From: an uncultured Actinomycetes bacterium
Lineage (GTDB): Bacteria; Chloroflexota; Dormibacteria; Aeolococcales; Aeolococcaceae
Assembly (NCBI GenBank): GCA_964618935.1
Contig: CAZUDL010000001.1
Location: forward strand, 66,562-130,561
Length of the DNA: 64,000 nucleotides
Direction of reading: 5' to 3'
How positions within the stretch are numbered: position 1 is the first letter of the stretch; every line of letters starts with the position of its first letter. Of the stretch, positions 54,616 through 64,000 are shown in pieces. The translations under genes were made by a program, and so were the position numbers. Under the pieces are notes generated by a model, which searched no databases, was not told the origin of the DNA, and was given only the letters and a program-made list of their open reading frames with translations.

Positions 54616-56745
54616 GTGGGCTCCAAGCGGGACATCCTCGCGCTCGTCGGCGGCATGACGCTGGACGAGAAGGCGTCCCTCACCGCCGGCGTCGGCTTCT
54701 GGCACACGGCGGCGGTCCCGAGGCTCGGGATCCCCGCCGTCAAGTTCACCGACGGCCCCAACGGGGCGAGGGGGGAGACGGCCGACTTCCTCTCCGTCAC
54801 GCCCTCGGTGTGCATCCCCTGCGCGACGGCGCTGGGGGCGACCTGGGACCCGGAGCTGGTGGGGCGGGCCGCCGCCGCGGTCGCCCGCCAGGCCCGCGAC
54901 AAAGGGGCGCGCGTCCTTCTCGCCCCCACCGTGAACCTGCATCGCCATCCCCTGTGGGGGCGCAACTTCGAGGCCTTCTCCGAGGATCCGATCCTCACGG
55001 CCAGGCTCGCCGTCGCCTACATTGCGGGGGTCCAGGGCCAGGGCGTCATCGCCACCGTCAAGCACCTGGTCGGCAACGAGACCGAGTTCGAGCGCTACAC
55101 CAGCTCGTCGGAGATCGACGAGCGCACCCTGCGCGAGCTGTACCTGCTGCCCTTCGAGCACGCTGTGCGGAGCGGCTCGGTGCTGGCGCTGATGACCGGC
55201 TACAACCGCGTCAACGGCAAGCACGTCCCCGACACCCCGCGCTTCCTCCGCGACATCGTCCGCGGCGAGTGGGGCTTCCAGGGCTTCGTGATGACCGATT
55301 GGTTCGGCCTGGCGGACACAGTCGAAGCGGCCGGCGCCGGCCTCGACCTGGAGATGCCGGGGCCCGCCCGCGCCTTCGGCCCGGCGCTGGCGGCCGCGGT
55401 GCGCTCGCGGCAGGTTCCCGAAGCCGAGGTCGACGCCAAGCTCGGGCGCATGCTCAGTGTCCTCGACGGGGTCGGCGCCCTCGACGATCCGGCGGCGGGG
55501 GAGGAGGCCCCGGTCGACCGGCCCGAGGACCGGGCCACCACCCGCCTGGCCGCCTCGGAGTCGGCGGTGCTGCTCACCAACCGCGGCGTCCTGCCCCTCG
55601 ACCCCGGCGCGCTGCGGAGGATCGCCATGGTCGGGCCCAACGCCGACCGGCCGGCGATCATGGGCGGCGGTTCCGCCGGGGTCCGGCCCCACTACCTGCT
55701 GTCGCCGCTGGCGGCCCTCCGGGAGCGGATGGGCGACGGCGTCGAGGTCGTCCACGAGGCGGCCGGTGACGAGGCCGGCATCGAGCGCGCGGTGGCGCTG
55801 GTCCGCGGCGCGGACGCCGTCATCGTCGTCGTCGGCACCGACGCCAAGGTGGAGAGCGAGGGCTACGACCGCGACACCATGGACCTCCCCGGCGACCAGG
55901 ACGCCCTGGTCCGGCGGATCGCCGCCGCCACCCCGGCCGCGGTCGTGGTGGTCAACTCAGGCTCCCCGGTGACCATGCCGTGGGCCGACGAGGCCGGCGC
56001 CGTCCTCCAGACCTGGTTCTCCGGACAGGGGCACGCCGACGCCCTGGTGGACGTCCTGCTCGGCGAGGCCGACCCCGGCGGGCGCCTGCCGGTGACGCTC
56101 CCGCTGCGCATCGAGCACACGCCGGCATTCGGCAACTTCCCCGGCGAGAGCAGCCGGGTGCGCTACGGCGAGGGGCTGCTGATCGGCTACCGGTGGTATG
56201 AGGCCCGGAAGCTGCCGGTGCGCTTCCCCTTCGGCCACGGCCTCTCCTACACCACCTTCGAGATCGGGGCGCCGCGGCTGTCGCGCCGGCGCCTGGCGGC
56301 GGGCGAGCGGCTCCGGGTCGACGTCCCCGTCACCAACACGGGGACGCGAAGGGGCAGCGAGGTCGTCCAGCTCTACGTCGCACCGCCCGGCGGCGGCCAC
56401 CCCGCCCCCGACCGGAGACTGCGGCCGGTGCAGGAGCTGAAGGGATTCGCCAAGGTGCGGCTGGACCCCGGCGGGTCGGCCACCGTCAGCCTCGAGCTGG
56501 GGGAGAGGTCCTTCGCCTACTGGGACGTCGCCGACGAGGACTGGCCCCGGCTGGCGGGACGGCGCGCCAACCCCGGCCAGCACATCCACGACGGTCCGCT
56601 GCACCGGCGGCGGGCGGGCTGGTACGTGGACCCCGGCACCTACGACATCCACGTCGGACGGTCGTCGGCGGACATCTCCCACAGCGTCTCCGTCGAGGTC
56701 GCCGGAAGCCCCGAGCCCCTCGACCCCTCAGCCCGGCTGGACTGA
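54616..56745 (+). CDS. Glycoside hydrolase family 3 (beta-glucosidase / BglX-like), no signal peptide
   Basis: GH3 catalytic region KHLVGNE...GFQGFVMTDW. C-terminal GH3 and fibronectin-III-like domains. Confidence 0.8.
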   Translation: MGSKRDILALVGGMTLDEKASLTAGVGFWHTAAVPRLGIPAVKFTDGPNGARGETADFLSVTPSVCIPCATALGATWDPELVGRAAAAVARQARDKGARVLLAPTVNLHRHPLWGRNFEAFSEDPILTARLAVAYIAGVQGQGVIATVKHLVGNETEFERYTSSSEIDERTLRELYLLPFEHAVRSGSVLALMTGYNRVNGKHVPDTPRFLRDIVRGEWGFQGFVMTDWFGLADTVEAAGAGLDLEMPGPARAFGPALAAAVRSRQVPEAEVDAKLGRMLSVLDGVGALDDPAAGEEAPVDRPEDRATTRLAASESAVLLTNRGVLPLDPGALRRIAMVGPNADRPAIMGGGSAGVRPHYLLSPLAALRERMGDGVEVVHEAAGDEAGIERAVALVRGADAVIVVVGTDAKVESEGYDRDTMDLPGDQDALVRRIAAATPAAVVVVNSGSPVTMPWADEAGAVLQTWFSGQGHADALVDVLLGEADPGGRLPVTLPLRIEHTPAFGNFPGESSRVRYGEGLLIGYRWYEARKLPVRFPFGHGLSYTTFEIGAPRLSRRRLAAGERLRVDVPVTNTGTRRGSEVVQLYVAPPGGGHPAPDRRLRPVQELKGFAKVRLDPGGSATVSLELGERSFAYWDVADEDWPRLAGRRANPGQHIHDGPLHRRRAGWYVDPGTYDIHVGRSSADISHSVSVEVAGSPEPLDPSARLD

Positions 56746-56770
56746 TTCCCGCTTCCGCCGTTGCGCGGCG

Positions 56771-57007
56771 ATGCCTCGGGCGCGGCGCCGCTACGATGGG
56801 GGCGTGGCTGAGGTGGGCCGGGGGCGCGGAGCCGCGAAGCGGAGGATCGCTCAGGATGCGACGATCCTGCCCGACCTGGAGCGCCTGGACGAGAAGCTGG
56901 AGGGCCTCGACGAGGTGCCGCCCGAGGCGTTCGCGGCGGAGCCGCGCGCGCTCCGCCAGGCGCAGCGCAAGGTCTGGTGGAAGGCCCGCAAGGGCCGCTC
57001 CCGGTAG
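56771..57007 (+). CDS. Hypothetical small basic protein (78 aa)
   Basis: Strong GC3 periodicity. ...ILPDLERLDEKLEGLDEVPPEAFAAEPRALRQAQRKVWWKARKGRSR. Confidence 0.4.
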   Translation: MPRARRRYDGGVAEVGRGRGAAKRRIAQDATILPDLERLDEKLEGLDEVPPEAFAAEPRALRQAQRKVWWKARKGRSR

Positions 57008-57165
57008 CGGGTTCGGCTCGCCCCCGGGTCGCCGGCGGCTCAGGCTGGTGCCAAGGGGGTCCTGGACCCGCTCGCCGTCCCCGGATCCGGTCGCGGCGGG
57101 GATCGGGTGGCGGCGGACGTCTGCCGATGGAAGGTGGCCATCGGGACGAGCCGTCCCTGCTGGTG

Positions 57166-57858
57166 TCAGCGCAGGATCACGGGCGTCAGGGCCCAGGCGA
57201 GAAGGGCCGCCAGCGCGACCGGGAGGATCCACCAGAGGATGGCGGCGTTTGCCGAGGGGTTCAGACGGCGGAAGCCAGGGAAGAGGGCGATCATCTCGGT
57301 GACGGAGGGCATGTACTCCCAGTTGCCCTCGGGCGGGATGCTGAGCGCATCGGCGATGGCCGCCAGGTCGTCGTCGGTGTAGTGATCCACCTCGATCTGG
57401 GCCAGGGTGCGGTCGCCGTCTCCGGCGACGACCAGCAGCGGGTACCGGCCGCCGAAGCCGCCGCGGACCGTGCACCGTACCAGGCGCCGGACTTCCCGCC
57501 TCGGGATGATCCTCGCCTGCAGGGTGTATCGGAGACGCAGGATGACCTCGTCATCGCTGACCGTCACCCGAGCCAGCAGGTTCGGCAGGTCCCGGCCCAG
57601 ATACGTTCCCAGCCCGGCCAGGACCCAGAACAGCAGCAGTTCCACCCGCCACTGCCTTCCGCCCACGCTCATCACGTAGACCAATGCGAGCAGCACGGAG
57701 ATGAGGGGGACGCCGATGCGGATGATCCATTCGCTCCTCCTGATGGACCGGCGAGGGGCAGCCTCCCCTCTGAGGGGCGAGCGACGGACGGACCGCTCGC
57801 ACTCCCTGATCACCACGGGAAGGGTCGCACCGCTGAGCAGTGTCTCGGTCTCCGTCAT
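57166..57858 (-). CDS. Hypothetical membrane protein (two N-terminal TM, soluble middle, C-terminal TM)
   Basis: Start taken at MTETETLL (57858). The ORF's upstream extension overlaps the uvrA start region and is probably untranslated. Confidence 0.45.
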   Translation of the reverse strand: MTETETLLSGATLPVVIRECERSVRRSPLRGEAAPRRSIRRSEWIIRIGVPLISVLLALVYVMSVGGRQWRVELLLFWVLAGLGTYLGRDLPNLLARVTVSDDEVILRLRYTLQARIIPRREVRRLVRCTVRGGFGGRYPLLVVAGDGDRTLAQIEVDHYTDDDLAAIADALSIPPEGNWEYMPSVTEMIALFPGFRRLNPSANAAILWWILPVALAALLAWALTPVILR

Positions 57859-57997
57859 CGGCGGGATTGTCGCATCGGACTCAGACCCAAGATGGCGCCT
57901 CCCTGCCACCCGCGGTGGACAGGGTGACCGGCCACTGGTATCGTACGAATGTTCGCCGGGCGTCGACGCCGCGGCCAACTCGGCCCGCGTTGAGGTT

Positions 57998-61036
<3,039 letters not shown>

Positions 61037-61086
61037 GCCCGGCGGCCGGTTCCCCGATCCCGCGTCAATTGCGCTAAGTTTCTCCC

Positions 61087-61383
61087 ATGATCCAGCCGCA
61101 CGACGGCGACGACAGGCGCCAGCGGCTGCGCCGCCTCGACGACTGCCTGACCGTCCTGGAGCAGGCGCACGAGATGGACGTCACCGTGGTCAGCGAGGCG
61201 ATGGCGGCGGCGGTGGCCGACCGGGTGCCCACCGTCCAGGCCGGGATGCTCATCGCTGACGCGATCGAGGAGGTCCTGCGGCAGCAGGAGCCCTACATGG
61301 TGCAGGTCCGTCCCGAGGTGTCCCGCCGGATCCGGCGCCGCCGCGACCCGTTCGACGTTCGCCTCCTCCTTCAGAGGCGCTGA
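61087..61383 (+). CDS. Hypothetical small protein (98 aa)
   Basis: High GC3. MIQPHDGDDRRQRLRRLDDCLTVLEQAHEMDVTVVSEAMAAAVADRV.... Confidence 0.45.
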   Translation: MIQPHDGDDRRQRLRRLDDCLTVLEQAHEMDVTVVSEAMAAAVADRVPTVQAGMLIADAIEEVLRQQEPYMVQVRPEVSRRIRRRRDPFDVRLLLQRR

Positions 61384-61507
61384 GCACCCCGGCCCGGCCG
61401 GCCCGCCGGGGCCGGACCCCCGGTGCCCTTCCCCAGGGCAGGTGCCGGCGGGTGGACCCGAAGCCTAGGGTGGCCCTGCCCGCCAAGGGGATACACTCCG
61501 CTTGGTC

Positions 61508-64000
61508 ATGAGTGCGTTCGGTCTGGACCCCGAGCAGATGTTCCGTCGCCGGCCTCGGGTGGTCAGGAACCGGCCCCCCTCGAAGCTGCGGCGCATCCTC
61601 CTCATCGTGGCGGGCGTCATCGTCGTCCTGGTCATCATCGCCGGCTCGCTGATGCGCCTCCGCGTCAACTACCTCTTCCTCTCCAGCCTCGGCCACAGCA
61701 ACGTCTTCTGGACCCCGCTGATCACCCAGGTGATCCTCTTCATCGCCGGGTTCGTGATCACCGGCGGCCTGGTCGGGGTGAGCGTGCCCTTCTGGTCACG
61801 GGCGCTCAAGTGCATCGACGCCCGCACCGGCCGCTGGGGCTTCTGGGTCGGGGTGGCGGTGGCGGTGCTCGCCGCCATCGGTGGAGGAGCCCACCTCGCC
61901 GGGGACTGGCAGGACGTGCTCCTCTGGCTCCACGGCCATCCGTTCGGCGCCTCCGACCCCGTCTTCCACATGGACTACGGGTTCTTCGTCTTCACCCTGC
62001 CGGTGATCGACAGCGTCTCGGCGCTGCTCTGGGGGGCCGCCATCGTCGGCTTCCTCGGCGCCGCCGGCGTCGTCGCCCTCGCCCTGGTCATCATCCAGGC
62101 GCCGGACGAGATCGACATCCCGCTGAAGCCGGAGGCGGGCCGGACCACCCAGGACGGCCTGCGCATCGCGCTGCTCCACACCGGCGGGGCGATGGCGGCG
62201 ATCTTCGTCCTCGCCGCCCTCGGCGCCCACTTCGGCGCCTACCACCTTGCCACCTCCCCGCACCCCGAGTACTCGTTCACCGGTCCGGACGCCACCGAGC
62301 TCAACGTCACCCGGCCGGTGCTCGGTGCCCTGCAGGTGATCGCTCTCGTCTTCGCCGCCGGGACGATCGCCCTGCTCTGGCTGCGCATCCGGCAGAAGCC
62401 CGGGATGTCCGCCGTCTACATCCTGGGTGGTGTGCTGGGCGGCTGGCTGGTGCTCGCCGCGGCGATACAAACCATTCCCGCCGCCGTCTACACGGCGGTC
62501 TCGGTGAACCCCAACGCCCAGTCGGCGCAGGCGCAGTCGATCACCAACTATCTGAACGCCAGCCGCTACGCCTGGGGCCTGGGGACGGCGGGCGACACTC
62601 CCGACGTCGTCAGCCAGTCGTTCGGCACGGTGGGCCCGCCCGCCCTGGACACCCTGCAGAACGACTCGACGACGCTGAACAACGTCCGCATCGTGGATAC
62701 CAGCCAGCTCCCCGACGTCCTCGACCAGATCGACCGGAGCCGCAGCTATCAGAGCTACACGGGCATCACCGTCGACCGCTACCCCGATGCCAACGGGCAG
62801 GAGACCGAGGTGATGATCGGCGCCCGTGAGATCTCCGAGAGCAACATCCCCAACGACAACTTCGTCAACCAGACTTTCGTCTACACCCACGGCTACGGCA
62901 TCACCGCGGTCTCCGTCAATCAGGTCGCCGCCGAGGGCAAGCCGAACATCCTGGTGGGCAAGCAGCCCCTGACCCAGGTGGACCCCAACGCCCCGCCCGA
63001 TCTCAACCTCTCCGCCAGTGGTGGCAGCGCCGACATCTACTGCGGTGAGGAGACCACGCAACCGGTGGTGGTCAACACCAAGGTGCCCGAATTCGACTAC
63101 CCGGCGACCCCCGACCAGTACAACCACGCCGGCACCGGGATGGCCGGCTTCACCATCAACAACCCCTTCGACAAGCTGGCCACCTCGGTGACCGAGTTCG
63201 GCGGTCTCAACCTCTTCCTCAGCGACGAGACGACCAGCCAGAGCGAGGTTCTGATGCACCGGACCATCGCTGACCGCATCGAGACCGTCGCCCCCTTCCT
63301 CACCGTGGACGGCGATCCGTACATCGTCTCCGACCCTGAGGCGGGCGCCCTGATGTGGATCGCCGACGCCTACGTCGAGACGGGTAACTTCCCCGAGTCG
63401 GACAACGTCAACGGGATCTCCTACCAGCGCAATGCCGTGAAGGCTGTGGTGAACGCCCGCACCTGCGCCGTCAGCCTCTACGCCGTCGATCTGAACGAGC
63501 CGCTGACGGCGGCCTGGAACGCCATCTACCCCGGCCTGCTGCAGCCGCTCAGCCAGATGCCGTCCTCCCTGGTCCAGCATCTCCGCTACCCGCAGGACCT
63601 CTTCACAAACCAGGCGAAGGTGTACGCCCAGGTGCACGTCACGAGCGCCGCCGGCTTCTTCACCAGGAACGACTTCTACAGCCTCTCCCAGCAGCTGGAC
63701 AGCGGTGGCAACACGGTGACCACGTCCCCCCAGTACGTGGAGTTGACCCTGCCGGGCACGTCGGAGGCGCAGTTCGTCCTGCTGCAGACCTTCAGCCCCT
63801 ACCAGAGCGGAAGCGGCGGCACAGCCAACAACATGACGGCGTGGCTGGCGGCGGAGTCCGACTATACGACGACCAACCATCCCCAGCTGGTGGCGGTGCC
63901 GCTGAAGAACAACACCAACGTCCTGGGCCCGCTGCAGTTCGACAACAACTCCAACACCGATCCCACCATCAGCCAGGAGAAGACCCTGCTCAGCCAGTCG
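61508..64000 (+). CDS. UPF0182-family large membrane protein, N-terminal about 830 aa; continues beyond window end
   Basis: ATG at 61508. MSAFGLDPEQMFRRRPRVVRNRPPSKLRRILLIVAGVIVVLVII..RVNYLFLSSLGHSNVFWTPLITQ... Seven TM helices followed by a large extracytoplasmic domain. No stop before the window end, hence absent from the ORF track. Confidence 0.65.
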   Translation, partial: MSAFGLDPEQMFRRRPRVVRNRPPSKLRRILLIVAGVIVVLVIIAGSLMRLRVNYLFLSSLGHSNVFWTPLITQVILFIAGFVITGGLVGVSVPFWSRALKCIDARTGRWGFWVGVAVAVLAAIGGGAHLAGDWQDVLLWLHGHPFGASDPVFHMDYGFFVFTLPVIDSVSALLWGAAIVGFLGAAGVVALALVIIQAPDEIDIPLKPEAGRTTQDGLRIALLHTGGAMAAIFVLAALGAHFGAYHLATSPHPEYSFTGPDATELNVTRPVLGALQVIALVFAAGTIALLWLRIRQKPGMSAVYILGGVLGGWLVLAAAIQTIPAAVYTAVSVNPNAQSAQAQSITNYLNASRYAWGLGTAGDTPDVVSQSFGTVGPPALDTLQNDSTTLNNVRIVDTSQLPDVLDQIDRSRSYQSYTGITVDRYPDANGQETEVMIGAREISESNIPNDNFVNQTFVYTHGYGITAVSVNQVAAEGKPNILVGKQPLTQVDPNAPPDLNLSASGGSADIYCGEETTQPVVVNTKVPEFDYPATPDQYNHAGTGMAGFTINNPFDKLATSVTEFGGLNLFLSDETTSQSEVLMHRTIADRIETVAPFLTVDGDPYIVSDPEAGALMWIADAYVETGNFPESDNVNGISYQRNAVKAVVNARTCAVSLYAVDLNEPLTAAWNAIYPGLLQPLSQMPSSLVQHLRYPQDLFTNQAKVYAQVHVTSAAGFFTRNDFYSLSQQLDSGGNTVTTSPQYVELTLPGTSEAQFVLLQTFSPYQSGSGGTANNMTAWLAAESDYTTTNHPQLVAVPLKNNTNVLGPLQFDNNSNTDPTISQEKTLLSQS

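Overview
High-GC (~70%) chromosomal window that looks actinobacterial in gene content and codon usage (strong GC3 bias, frequent GTG/TTG starts, 4-8 nt overlaps between coupled genes, at least one leaderless start). Most of it is core housekeeping. From the left: a phosphoketolase (xfp) N-terminal fragment, a TPP-dependent enzyme, a GT87/DUF2029-like membrane protein and a Pat-like GNAT plus ADP-forming acyl-CoA synthetase fusion, all on the minus strand. Then an orphan NarL/LuxR response regulator and an atypical split cytochrome b pair. The right-hand core block is rpsU-ybeY-pth-mfd-mazG, ftsB-like, two CAT-anticodon tRNAs next to tilS, ftsH, panBCD, nadBC, clpS-DUF2017, rpsA, clpC, a GH3 glycosidase, uvrA and a partial UPF0182 membrane protein. 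Several accessory-looking insertions sit among these. (1) A four-gene module RHH(Arc-like) regulator, DUF4097 beta-helix protein and ABC-2 exporter, read from a palindrome-rich leaderless promoter. (2) A decayed mobile-element scar carrying an IS630-type transposase tail, a tRNA-Pro 3' fragment, vapBC and a lone UvrD-helicase/Fe-S RecB-nuclease fusion. (3) A sortase-signal surface protein built from seven ~50-aa Cys-pair repeats, sitting where enolase usually lies between mazG and ftsB. (4) A lower-GC3 block with an ABC-2 exporter, a small orphan protein and an XRE-HTH plus AbiEii-like nucleotidyltransferase pair. No CRISPR array, integrase or phage structural gene was seen. All calls rest on reading the six-frame translations and the DNA by eye; none is database-verified.
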